Positions 1 through 12,952 of a stretch of DNA of 64,000 nt are shown here, piece after piece. Each line of letters opens with the position of its first letter. Positions within the stretch are counted from its first letter, which is position 1. The position numbers were made by a program, and so were the translations under genes. This stretch comes from Patellaria atrata CBS 101060. Lineage: Eukaryota. The notes beneath the pieces were generated by a model. It was given only the letters and a program-made list of their open reading frames with translations. It was not told where the DNA came from and made no database searches. Location: NCBI GenBank assembly GCA_010093705.1, contig MU006090.1, positions 186,001 through 250,000 on the forward strand, given 5' to 3'.

Positions 1-254
1 ATCAAGGTTGTCAGAATTTCACACAGAAAGAGTAGACATCAAGGTGATCAGTAGTAGCAAACCAAGGATTTCAAAAACCACATTTGTTCGGTTGCATGGG
101 AACAAGTAGTGGTATCAGAACCTAAGCCTTACGGGCTTATATAAATTGTAAACTCAAGTAAGAAGCCAATCAATAAGTGCAGCCCACCCTAATACCGGTG
201 CTCATAACGCCTAGCCGCTCAAGAGAGAACAACAGTAAATGACAAAGAAAGCAT

Positions 255-1254
<1,000 letters not shown>

Positions 1255-1348
1255 TTAACGTTGAGTAGCTTCTATGTGATATGTCGTGTGGTGTGGTGTT
1301 GCAAGGGAGTGCTGTGGTGGATGTTGCTTTGGAAATGAGAATGGAAAG

Positions 1349-1371
1349 GAAGAAGAAGAAGAAGAAGAAGA
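1349..1371. repeat. (GAA)n microsatellite, a CT-rich tract on the UBI4 sense strand
   Basis: About 7 GAA units roughly 120 bp upstream of the UBI4 ATG. Confidence 0.85.
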
Positions 1372-1497
1372 GGGAGAAGTGGAGAGCGGCGATATTTAAG
1401 GGACTGTAGGCAGGCGATTGTTAAGGCACAAGCAGCGGGCTGGTGCAGACTGGGCAGTGACACCGTTGTGAGTAATCACGCTATACCTATCTCGTGC

Positions 1498-1512
1498 TTT
1501 CGGGAAGCTTCC
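1498..1512. promoter_or_regulatory. Heat shock element upstream of UBI4
   Basis: TTCggGAAgcTTC (1499-1511) is a perfect three-unit inverted nGAAn array about 270 bp upstream of a gene known to be heat-inducible in fungi. Confidence 0.7.
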
Positions 1513-2154
1513 GCCTTCCGGTTGTTGCCTGCCAGGCTAGACTTCAACCCAGAACGTCAACAGCTGCTTATTACTTATTGCACTATCGCTCGGCTCGATA
1601 TGGAATTATCTAGTACTTGCAATTCAGCATGCAATCATTATTTTTGTTACAAATCTATGGAGATATTCTCGGAAGTATACCTACCCTTCGCATCCATCCT
1701 TCACTTACTACTTTCCTGCATACAGTAAGGTTAGGTTGTTACTTCAGATGTTCACGTGCGTGGCAAGTCCCCCGCCCTCCGCCGCCACTGCGTGTTAACT
1801 AACGCCGCCCCCTCCACGCCTCCTCGTGCCCGTGCTCCGCTATCGCAATTTATTAACAGCCCGTGACAGGACATAATCAGTAAACATGGCACCTGAACAC
1901 ATTTGGAATTTGAAATATACCCCATCTCATCATTGGATTATCTGACAATGGAAAGGTGTGTCCATCGCGCCACTGTAAGTTCTACAGTACGTTCGTTTGT
2001 TTCCATCAAACCCTTAAATGCCACCCCTTAAAAATAATAGGTAGACCTTTCCAAGCTAATCATCTCAAATTCGATAGGAAGAAACCTGTACCCTGAAGTA
2101 TCCGGATGCATATGTATGTCGGGTTGCTTAGTTGAACAATGTATGATAGATCCT

Positions 2155-3725
2155 TCATACCGGCGGCTTTCGACCCCAGATAACGGGACTTAAAAAAGTT
2201 ACATATCGATTAGTACTCAGCTTATCGGTGATGAGGCGTGAAGTTGATACTCACATCAGGAAGTAAGCGTGAATTGCCCTGTTGTGCATATCATTACGCA
2301 CTCTTGCGCAGTGCACTTCAACCTCTTCTTTTGTCCAACCCAAGACTCTGGTAAATAATGCAAGTGAAAAACCTTGTAATCCATCTGTTATGTTGATTTC
2401 ATTCCATCTACCAATCTCCTTAAGCTTCTTATCCTTGGGCCAAGGGTTCGTAGGGAAAACGAAGCTTCTTTCCTCTATGTCAACATACCCAATTTCTTCC
2501 ATCCATTCCTTGAAAAATCTCGTTTGGTCCATGGGGCGACCCATTTTATTTGCTGCTTCTACCATTGTATTTCCCCACAGCTCGAGGTTGGTACCTTTCA
2601 AAGTATCATCCTCACAATTGCACGGAATGACATAGTCTTGGATCTCAAAATAACCTCCTGGTGCAAGTGCTCTACGGAAAGTCATCAATACGGGGAAAAT
2701 ATGGAGTTAGCAGGCTACGTACTCGAATGCGTACCGTAAAACGGTTCTCCAATCCTTGAAGCATCCACTCATAACTCGAGCATGAATGAGGTCAAATTTC
2801 TGGTCGAACAGCCATTCGTCCTCAGCATCGTCGATGATAAATCTCAAATTCGGGGGAACGCTGTGGGGAATTAGTAGAACAGTGGCCTGAAGCCTTTTGG
2901 TGGACTAACAAGGTTGGCTGGCTTGGTGAAAGATCCGTCCCAACAACCTTCCAAAGCAATTAGCACATCTCCTGCGAATTTCTAAGAACAGTCGTGTGAA
3001 TTTTCGTACCTGACATTCTGGATATGCATCAGCTAATCTTATGTTAGTGATGATATTCGAAGACTTCCTTAATCAGCCTATCTCACCCATGTCAACTGCC
3101 CATATCCCAGTCCCGGTTCCGATGTCCAGGCAATGTCGTGGATTGTCTCCGATGGGAGCAAAAAAGAGCTTATCATCAAACGTTATATTGAAGAGATGAT
3201 GTTGAAGGTCTTCTCACCGGATTAGTAAAGAACAAACTGATTCGGCCAGATCGCAAACCTAATCGATCTGTTTCTTGCTGTAATAGATATCAGCAGAGGA
3301 TCTCTATATTTTACGGTGAACATTAACATCATCATTAGGAAAGATGTACGAGCCATCTTTATAAGCTACTTCAAGTTAGTTTTAATTCGACTGTTTCTAG
3401 AAGTTGGTCCATCACCACATACCATGATAGCTCCGCCCATGTTCCATTCTATATGCATAAATGCTTTCAGCTATAGACGTAGTGGTGCTCTGACTGATTC
3501 AATTCAGCTCTCCATTCGCAGGTCGGAAAGTAATGTTAACTTACGTCTCGTCTCCGAGGGCCGAATCACTGTCTGTCTAGAGAAAAGAATCAACGCAAGC
3601 TTGCAATCAGTTGGATCACACGAAGACAAGGTTTTCCGATTATACCAGTCGAGGCGTTGGCGTGGTTTTCTTACATCGACTTCTAACCCTTGACCTGGGG
3701 CCCAATTTTGGTCGTGGGCGGCCAT
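2155..3725 (-). CDS. LaeA-like (TAM-type) class I SAM-dependent methyltransferase, about 11 exons
   Basis: Manual splicing gives EHGRSYHAYKDGSYIFPNDD-QETDRLDLQHH, the SAM motif LDIGTGTGIWA, VPPNLRFIIDDAEDEW, FDLIHAR, ALAPGGYFE, and C-terminal IPVIWGRKPPV*. Confidence 0.9.
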
Positions 3726-4911
3726 GATATTTCGCGTGATGGAATCAACTACAAGTAGTTCTAAGGTTGCAATGAACAGTCGAGGTATGGCGAATCAGGT
3801 GGGTCTCAGCTCAGCGCGTGAAAGTCTTATGACTTGAATGTTTCTACAAGTTCTAATGGATTTTTATCAATTTTCTGGCCACCTAGCCTTCGAAGTCGTT
3901 ATATGTCCAGATTCCGCATTCAGCATGGTGCAGTAGGTTAATTACGCACTTGGATCGATTCACTTTCTCGTAGAGCATTCGTCATTAGAAGTATACCGCT
4001 CAGTTTTGTCGAGATCTGTTACACAGCGAGGCAGATGGCAGCATTGTACTCAAGAGTTACACCCGACCATGGGTACAAGGGCTTTTTCAGTCGACGTCAC
4101 ACGTGGACTTCATATCATGCTGGAACATACTATTTGCTCAAACGATTAGTAGGATGGTCAGTACACGCTGTCGATAGTGGGCTCAATACATGCAGGCAGG
4201 CCATGCCAGGCCATTCAACCACGCCCCGACCTTGCATTCGGATTGCATTCGGCTCTTCCGCGATTAGATCAAGATGCACTAATGCGGCCCAGCCGAACCG
4301 AGAAGAGTTACGAATATCGGACGTCTTTACCTTAAGCTGCTCGGACGCGTGGATCATCAGGGACCGGTAATCAAATATCACAATATAACTGGGTGAATTG
4401 AGTTGTTCCCTCGATCCCGATTACGTAGGTTTAAAGCACGCATTGCGGGAAACCCTGTGAAGAATATAGTCCTAGTTCTGACATCACAAAACTCTGTTTA
4501 GACTCCCAAGCTTCCTTTCCCCACTGTGGCTAACTGTCAAATGCCCTTGTCACATTTATAACCAATTGTCGAGATTCTCGTGGTCTCCATTACAGTTTTC
4601 TGCTGCACTATCTATCATTCAGTCACTATTTTAACCTGCAAGAACCTGCATCTCGTGAGGCCTGGATTCAATGTTGAATATGCCGGCGGCCACTTCGTTC
4701 GTTGCCTTTTGTTTGTCTTTGACTAGTTTACCTTTTCTGATATATCATATACTAGATAGTTTTATTTCTCCGAAACTGCAATCCAACAACGTGGGTTCTG
4801 TGTTGTATAGAGGATCAAAGACTAGTTCTACACAACTGAGGGGCTTTAGTGGCTCTCACTATCCCTGTTCGCCTATTTGACTGTTGGGTCTGAGTGCCAG
4901 TCTACTCGAGC

Positions 4912-6749
4912 ATGCTCTCTATTACATTTTCTGCTGCTATCCTTCTCTTCCTACTATACATTGCTCGGGAAATCCGAGCCTACTACAACTTAAAACAATT
5001 TGGCGGACCATGGATAGTAGGTTTCTCAAGGATATGGCTCTACAGGTCCATCATGTCTGGCAGGATGAACATCCACTTCACCGAACTAAACGATAAATAT
5101 GGTTCGTACAATTAACCGTTGCTTTGAGATGTGAGTATGTATGCTGATATCTAAATAGGAAGCACTGCTCGGTCCGGGCCGAATCATCTAATGACATGCG
5201 ATCCTGCGCTTATCCGCCGTATGAACGCCGTCAGGAGCTCCTACACGCGATCAGAGTGGTACAAGGGACTGCGCCTTCATCCTACAAGGGATAATATTAC
5301 ATCCTACAGAGATGAAGCTACACATATGCAGCTTCGGAACCAGATGGCACTGGGGGTATGCTATTTGTCCCTTTTATACCCTAATTAGTTAACAGGATTA
5401 TAGTATTCTGGAAAAGAAAATCTATTCCTAGAGCAAGATATAGATAAGCGCTTACTGCAATTGATTGATCTGATGAAGAGCAAATACACGTCTAGTAGTA
5501 CGGAATATCGACCCTTTTGTCTCGCTCGTCTCACCACTTTCTTTACACTCGACGTTATCTCCACTGTCGCTTTTGGGAGAGCATTCGGCTTTCTCGAACG
5601 TGATGAGGACCACTTCGACTACATCAACCAACTCAATAAGTTCTTACCAGCCGTCATGCTCTTCGGAAGCTATCCCGAACTCCAAAGTGTCATGCGGCTC
5701 CCCTTCATGCAAGCTCTTGCCCCTAAAGCCACCGATGCCGTCGGATTGGGTAAGGTAATGGGGTAAGTATCTCTCAATTATGATTATATGTTTCCCCTGC
5801 AATCTCACCAACTGACTTCAAACCTTAGCTTCGCCAAGGAAGTCGTGGCCGAACGCTTCGGTGCTAAACCCATCGTCCGCAAAGACATGCTCGGCTCTTT
5901 TCTCGCTCACGGCCTGTCCCAAGAGCAACTCGAGTCCGAGACCCTGACCCAGATCACCGCTGGCTCCGACTCTAGCTCTACTGCCATCCGTATGACCATT
6001 TTCCTCATCACGACGAGCCCGCAGATCTACACGAAGCTGATGGCGGAGCTGGATGATGCGCTGAATGCAGGAAAGTTTACGAGACCGATCATGACAGATG
6101 CGGAGAGTAGACAGTTGCCGTATCTACAGGCGTGTATTAAAGAGGGGCTGAGGATGTATCCACCTGTCACCGGTTTGCTGGCAAAACAGAGTCCGCCAGA
6201 GGGTGATTGGGTGGATGGGAAGTTCATCCCCGGTGGTGTCCAGATCGGATGGAACTCGTGGGGCCTAATGAGACGTAAAGATGTGTTTGGGAACGATCCA
6301 GAGGTTTTCAGGCCTGAAAGGTGGTTTGCTGCTGAGGATGAGGAGCAGGAGACTGCGGCGAAGAGGATTGAGAATATGGAGGGAGTTCAGGGGATGGTGT
6401 TTGGATATGGGAGATTTGGGTGTTTGGGGAAGAATGTTGCGGTCATGGAGTTGGATAAAGCTGTAGCTGAGGTGATACTTCTTTCTCATTTTCTTCCTCT
6501 CCTTTCCTTCTCTTTCCTTCCGACGTCTACTGCAAGAAGGAAGAGTGGGACATGTCGGTTAACGTACGATAGCTGTTACTGCGGTTCAACTTCCAAATCG
6601 CGAACCCCGAGAAGCCGTTCGAGAGTACGTGTATCGGGTTCTTTCTCATGCAGAAGATGATTTTCCGGCTCGAGGAACGGACGACGACGGCCACTTCTCA
6701 GGATGACGGTGCTCGGGATGTGTTGGCTTTGGACGACATCTCTTATTAA
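4912..6749 (+). CDS. Cytochrome P450 monooxygenase (resembles pisatin-demethylase-like fungal CYPs), 5 exons
   Basis: N-terminal membrane anchor, I-helix AGSDSS, ExxR (KEGLR), PERW and heme motif FGYGRFGCLG. The last exon 6573-6749 follows a GT-AG intron. Confidence 0.93.
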
Positions 6750-7095
6750 AATTTCGAAAGCCCGCGTGTTGTGAATGTCGTGAGTATCTCCGTCGGTTAC
6801 TACTTGGGCTGTACAGGATAGTCGGTTCTTGTGCTCAGTTAGCAAGACGTGCATACACATATTTATCAGTTTAGAGAATCGATATTAATACTTACTTATT
6901 GGTCAATCCTGACTCCCACGCTTACTGACCCTAAATTCAGTTCATGGGAACTTCACATCGAGCCCCCTCGACCTTGACTAAATCCAACTCCTTTACATCT
7001 TCTGTCTCCCCTCACTTTGCTTCAATTACCACATCCCTTTGATTCCAAGATTCACACCTTATATGTTACTGTAGAATACTCAAACAGCCACCTGC

Positions 7096-7132
7096 GACAC
7101 AATTCGCGAGACACAATTCGTGAGACACAATT
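7096..7132. repeat. 14-bp tandem repeat GACACAATTCGYGA, about 2.6 copies
   Basis: gacacaattcgcga gacacaattcgtga gacacaatt is directly visible. Confidence 0.85.
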
Positions 7133-7884
7133 GCTCGACTTTGCTCATTTCCGTACCCAACTTCTTGAATGTCCCCCAGCCCTGACTTTCTGTACAAACC
7201 AGTCAGAAGTCAAAGATATCCCAACGACGTTCTCCCCTAGCCCAAGCCCACAAAGCTCACCAAGCGTCATACGAGATCCCTTAAAATGAAAAAAAGATAT
7301 CGATAGCATAGCTCCCATCCCTCAGTCCCGGTGAAGAAAGGAAAAAGAGGAAAGATCTACCTCAAACTCAGACAGAGAAGACGTCAGGGGTGGAAATAAA
7401 GTGTGCGTACTGATACCATACGATCCCATACCATACCATCGCATATAGCTCGACCAAGTGATCAGAACTGAGTACTAGAGGAAAGGGGTGGTATCATCTC
7501 TCATCTCTAACCTTACGTATCCTATCCTATATATCAAACCATATTTAACATCTCACATCTCACATCCCCTTCAACCCATCCCTTCATACCTATATCCCGT
7601 ATCACGACTCTCGTATATCCCCAAGCGGACGAGATAAAACTCCCACAAAGAGTAAACCATGTCCTCATCCCAATCCCATCCCCAGATCCAAGTCAAGATT
7701 TCGATACCTTCGACCACTCGACTCACATAAGAAACCCGGGTCCAGTTAGTATATCCCTCACCTCCTTTTCCCAACCTCCCAACTCCCAAGCTAAGATCCA
7801 AAACTTAGCTTACCGTGTTTTCCAATTTCCTGGCATGAACTTTATGTCTCTCCTAGCACTTTTTACTTCATCATTTCCTTTTTT

Positions 7885-8474
7885 NNNNNNNNNNNNNNNN
7901 NNNNNNNNNNNNNNNNNNNNNNNNNNNNNNNNNNNNNNNNNNNNNNNNNNNNNNNNNNNNNNNNNNNNNNNNNNNNNNNNNNNNNNNNNNNNNNNNNNNN
8001 NNNNNNNNNNNNNNNNNNNNNNNNNNNNNNNNNNNNNNNNNNNNNNNNNNNNNNNNNNNNNNNNNNNNNNNNNNNNNNNNNNNNNNNNNNNNNNNNNNNN
8101 NNNNNNNNNNNNNNNNNNNNNNNNNNNNNNNNNNNNNNNNNNNNNNNNNNNNNNNNNNNNNNNNNNNNNNNNNNNNNNNNNNNNNNNNNNNNNNNNNNNN
8201 NNNNNNNNNNNNNNNNNNNNNNNNNNNNNNNNNNNNNNNNNNNNNNNNNNNNNNNNNNNNNNNNNNNNNNNNNNNNNNNNNNNNNNNNNNNNNNNNNNNN
8301 NNNNNNNNNNNNNNNNNNNNNNNNNNNNNNNNNNNNNNNNNNNNNNNNNNNNNNNNNNNNNNNNNNNNNNNNNNNNNNNNNNNNNNNNNNNNNNNNNNNN
8401 NNNNNNNNNNNNNNNNNNNNNNNNNNNNNNNNNNNNNNNNNNNNNNNNNNNNNNNNNNNNNNNNNNNNNNNNNN
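7885..8474. other. Assembly gap (590 N)
   Basis: Run of N flanked by poly-T and poly-G. Confidence 1.
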
Positions 8475-9552
8475 GGGGGGGAAATGCTGATCACCTCACC
8501 TTTTGCTGTTCCGTGATTCGTTAAAACAGGGAGGGGTTCTTGGGGTTACATTTAAACGTTCGCTACTATGCCTACTGGTAATGTAAACGTAGTTGGGGAG
8601 ACCGGACAAGCCGAACAACACTTCACTCACAGTCGGAGGCATATTATTGCGAGAGCATGGTAGTTTTCGAGAACAAACAATTCCAGAATAAAGTGACCCA
8701 TTCAATTAGCTACAAAACAATGTACCGTAGAAACCGGGCCCTCTCAATCGGGGGCCCATATATCTCGGGTGTAAATAGTAGAAAGATAGCAAAATCCACC
8801 ACATAGCCCAAATATCGCTTAAAAATCAGAGTACTACATGTACTTCCAGAGTTAAAAGAAAGATCCCATATTCCCAATCCACATGCAAGATAGCAAAATC
8901 AAACAAGACATCTAGCATCGTTCACTCTTCCAGTCATGAGAGTACGCTATGCAGACCACTAACAACACGATGAAAGGAAATGAAAGAAGTCCAAAGAGAA
9001 ATAAAAAAAAAAGCTGGTGAGTCAACATGAGAATGCTGCTCTATATAGCAAAACAAATGGTATCCCAAAGATAGCCAAACATGAGAACTGGCATAAAGAC
9101 TGCCGAAATCCTCCCTCTCCAAACACCCAAACGTGGAGACGAAATCTTAGCGAGGTTAAAGATAGTCTTGAAAGATGAATTTCAAATAAAAAGACAGACA
9201 TATATCCGTCATGAAGCACAGTAACATAAAAAAAAAAAGGCATTAAAGCAACAAATCGTAGACATGATGTCGTGATTCGCATCGTAAAAATCTCGTTCAG
9301 GCATTGCCGGACGTCTATTGCGGCATATGCTCATGACGCGTTAGGCCGTAAAGTCATAACATGCTTTTGAAGAGGTCGATCGAATGTTGGGTCGGATGTG
9401 TAGTGAAGGTGAATTTGGGTAATAGGTCAAAGAGGAGGTCGACGAAGGAATAGGTAAGGTAAAGGTAGGTATTGCGTTGGAGAAGATTAGGTTGGTAAGG
9501 TAGATGCTTGGTACAGGCGGTAGAGAAAGGAAGGTGCAATGGAGGTGATGAA

Positions 9553-12039
9553 TCAGTTGGCGCGGATGACGAGTTTAGCGAGGAACTTGTTCGATAGGCA
9601 ATCGAAGTCATTGCGGTCAAACTTGGCTTCAGACCGACCCTTAAGATATGATTCTTAAGTAATTAATCATTAGTAAGATGTTCAGTCTTATACTCGGGTA
9701 GTTTTAACAGAGGCGGTGTATCTCGACTTACCGTATTTGGTTACGTGTTGTCTGACTTCCGTCATGGCTTCGCAAACTGCGGGGTTGGAGTTCAACAGGT
9801 TGTGGTGAAGGTTGGTATCCCACTCGGTAAAGGCTGGCAGTTTTTGCGAAATGGCAGAGAACAAGCCAACGATGACACCCACCGGTGTTGACTCCATATC
9901 TTTGCAGAATTTCTGGGCTGCACCAGTATCAGGGACTCTGTAATGGCAGTCGAATTGCATCTCTTCCCAGATGGCCAGTAAGATGGCAGCAAGCATGAAG
10001 ATGGTAGGCCAATTCTTCAGCTTCTCACCACTGTATACGGATGAGTAGAGAGCGGATAACTCCTCCAGAATGTCTTTTTGAAGTTCACGCCACATATCTG
10101 CCAAGGCGACCTTGACCTGGAAATTGATCATGACAGGTGCAACAGTCTTGCCAGCAAATTTGCTGGTCTCATCCTCGATCTTGCCAATTTGGGCCTCTTC
10201 TTCCGACAATCCCTCAACCATGGTGATGTGAAGGGTAAGATTGTAAGCCAGTACGAGTTTCAACGCTTTTCGGATCACGGGTAATTTCTCGCGAAGGTAA
10301 TAGCGATAGGCCGTCTTGAGAAGCTCGGTGAGGAACTTGGTGCCCTCAAAGTAGTCATCGACGAATTTCTCAAAGCCGCCATCAATGTGACGGTCAAGGT
10401 ATTCTGAAAGGAGAGCGCGAGATACACCTTCCATGCCGGCGGATAGTTTGGCCGTTGTCATTTCGTAAGGCTTGGGGTTCTCATGTATCGTCTCGACCCA
10501 GTCCATACCGAAGCACTTATCATCGCGGACATAAACCTCACGAGCAGTGATCGGTAGGAATACATTGTAACCGTGAGTGATGTAGAGTGTGCGTTCTTCG
10601 CTCGAGAAGCCTTTGATGTTGCTAACGGATGAGCCGAGGCTGACGTGACGTTCAAAATCCGCCTTCCAGTCCTTCATGAAATATGCAATATCTTTGATGT
10701 CAATACGAGTGCACGGCACCTGCCATAGACGTGCGTGAGAAGGTTGGCATCCACCGCAGGGATCACCCTTATCGCAAGTCTTCTTTAAGAACTTGCAACG
10801 AAGGCATGCTCGGAGCTTCCTTATCTCGTGAGCTTGCTGCCTCTGTTCCGAGGAGAGAGGTCCTTTCCGTCTTCCAACACGCTTCTCAGTACCATTACGC
10901 TTTTCCTTTGCTGCTGCTGGTTTGGTAACCTTAGTTATCGTTTTACTAGCGCCTGGAGTTGGTGGTGTCTTTCTTCTTCTGGATTGAGGTGAGCCGACGC
11001 CAGTTGAGCTGGGGGAACTTGAAGATGACGCCGATTGCTTGATATGGTAAGGTTGAGCAGCCGCTAACGGAGGGCTGACCGAGACGGAGTGCGCATGCGA
11101 GTGAGCGGGAGAACAGTGATGAATCTTATGATCATGAGCTTCCTCGATGAACCCGTGCTGTATCGAGGCAGGATGGAGTTCTAAACTCGCTTCTGACTGT
11201 GGGGAGTGTAGTGGGAAGTGAGCGATCTCTTCGTAACTGCCGAATGAGTGTGCTGAGAGAGGAACATCGGAATGCTGTGATGAATGAGGATCTGAATCTG
11301 TTCGAATGTGGTGAAGGGTTTGTCCCGGGTTGAACACGGCTTGGTCCGGAAATGAGTCGAAACTTTGGCGGTGTGTTTGAATGTTGGTCCAGTCGTTGTC
11401 ACTGCTCGAAAGAGAGCCAACTTCTAACCAGTTATCGTTCGGAGATCCAGTTGACATGTTTGGAGGCAGTCCATTCATCATCATGTCGTTAAACTCGTTG
11501 CGGAAATCATTCATCGAGAAAGCCACGGTCCCAGTGCTCATTGCGCTCAACGCTGGCTCCATCGAGGTGGAATAGGCGGCGATGAACGAAGCATCCATTG
11601 GCATGGTCGTGGTATTTACACCAGCCTGCGAAGTCGCCATGTAATCCGTGGGTGACGTTTGTAGCTGACCGGTATAGTTAGTATTGAAGTTGTTAGGGTC
11701 GAAGCTCGCGTCGTGCATGTTGAACTGTTGCGACTGCTGAGGCAGCTGAAATTGGCCCCAGTTCGCCATCAAGGCAGCCGATGTGTCGAGAGCCTGACTG
11801 TATCCGAGAGCATTACCGGCTTGGAGAGGAGCAGTCGTCGTTGCCGGAAGATTCGACGACGCACCGGTCGTGGTGTTTGCCCGCCGCTGGTTCGAGGGAT
11901 CGTTTTGGTTGTGAGGCATATTGTTGTCCATCGGGATAGGCCACGACTGTGACGGTACGAAGTTATACCGTTGTAGCGATGAGTTTGGGTCAAAGTCAAA
12001 GCCTAAGAGGCTATCGTTGGTAAAGTCGAGGGGATCCAT
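9553..12039 (-). CDS. Zn(II)2Cys6 transcription factor with central zinc cluster; 2 exons (12039-9732, 9653-9553)
   Basis: ACLRCKFLKKTCDKGDPCGGCQPSHARLWQVPC is preceded by basic NLS-like RVGRRKGPL. The intron 9731-9654 (GTAAGT...CTAAT...AAG) yields C-terminal KFLAKLVIRAN*. Confidence 0.92.
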
Positions 12040-12406
12040 CGTTATTTCGATGGATAGACTCTGAAGGAGTCAGTGCGGAGTGCGGCGGGTCAGCCAGGAA
12101 GGCGAAGCTGAGAACTGAGGATGGGCTGCAGTCGTGAATTGAGCGGACACTTAGGCTGCTCGTATCACACCGCAGGTTCTCCGGACTCCAGTTCAGGTAG
12201 GATCAAGAGCCGGAAGACAAGATTGACGAGGAGCAGAAGAAAATCCAGGAAGAAGCCAGGAAGAGGCTTGCAACTGGATTTAGAACTTTTTTTTCGTTCG
12301 TGTTGTTTAGAGTAATGGAGTTAAAAAGAGTTCGAGCAGCGAAAAAGAAAAGGCGGGGAGGGGATCGGGAGATGAAGCGTTAGCAATCTTTTTAGCTGGC
12401 GGTCGG

Positions 12407-12467
12407 CTGTCTGCTGTCTACTGTCTGCTGTCTACTGTGCTTGTCTGCTTGTCTGCTGTCTGCTGTC
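12407..12467. repeat. Degenerate 7-8-bp tandem repeat (CTGTCTR)n
   Basis: About 8 imperfect copies upstream of the Zn2Cys6 gene. Confidence 0.8.
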
Positions 12468-12893
12468 AGTTTACTAAAAAGATCGACTGCCTGGTTTGCG
12501 AGGGATGTGGATGTATGTCTTGGACTCGTTCGGCGTTGCTTGTCAAAAGTTGTTCTTCGAATAGTAGAATTGACAGACCAAACTTTCGAATCAAAAAGAA
12601 TGAGTCCCTTCCCTTGGGTGTTTATTGTTGACTTAGTTTCGACATGACGGCCGATCATGGGCCAAGCGCCCTTCTTTGCAACACGGGTGAAAAGTGAGGA
12701 GAAGGCGATTCCTGGCGAAAACGGGGTTGCTGAAGGGTGCTCTCTCTCTAGAACTAGTCCCTACTCTCTACCAGTCTCCATACCTTGTTACCTTGTTACT
12801 CTCCACGACAATGAGCGGTGTGGAGGAACACTTGATCAGACCTCCCCCACCAATCAATTTGGATGCAGTGCGTAGGATGCCAGCGATGCATCC

Positions 12894-12952
12894 AATCCAC
12901 TGAAATCCACTGAAATCCACTGAAATCCACTGAAATCCACTGAAATCCACTG
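12894..12952. repeat. 10-bp perfect tandem repeat (AATCCACTGA) x about 6
   Basis: tgaaatccac is repeated five times exactly, with partial flanks. Confidence 0.95.

Noticed and set aside
7835..8524. 229-aa and 207-aa ORFs in the track
   Set aside because: Artefacts of the N gap.
12894..12952. Possible CRISPR-like or coding repeat
   Set aside because: Simple head-to-tail minisatellite without spacers in eukaryotic DNA; the overlapping ORFs merely translate it.
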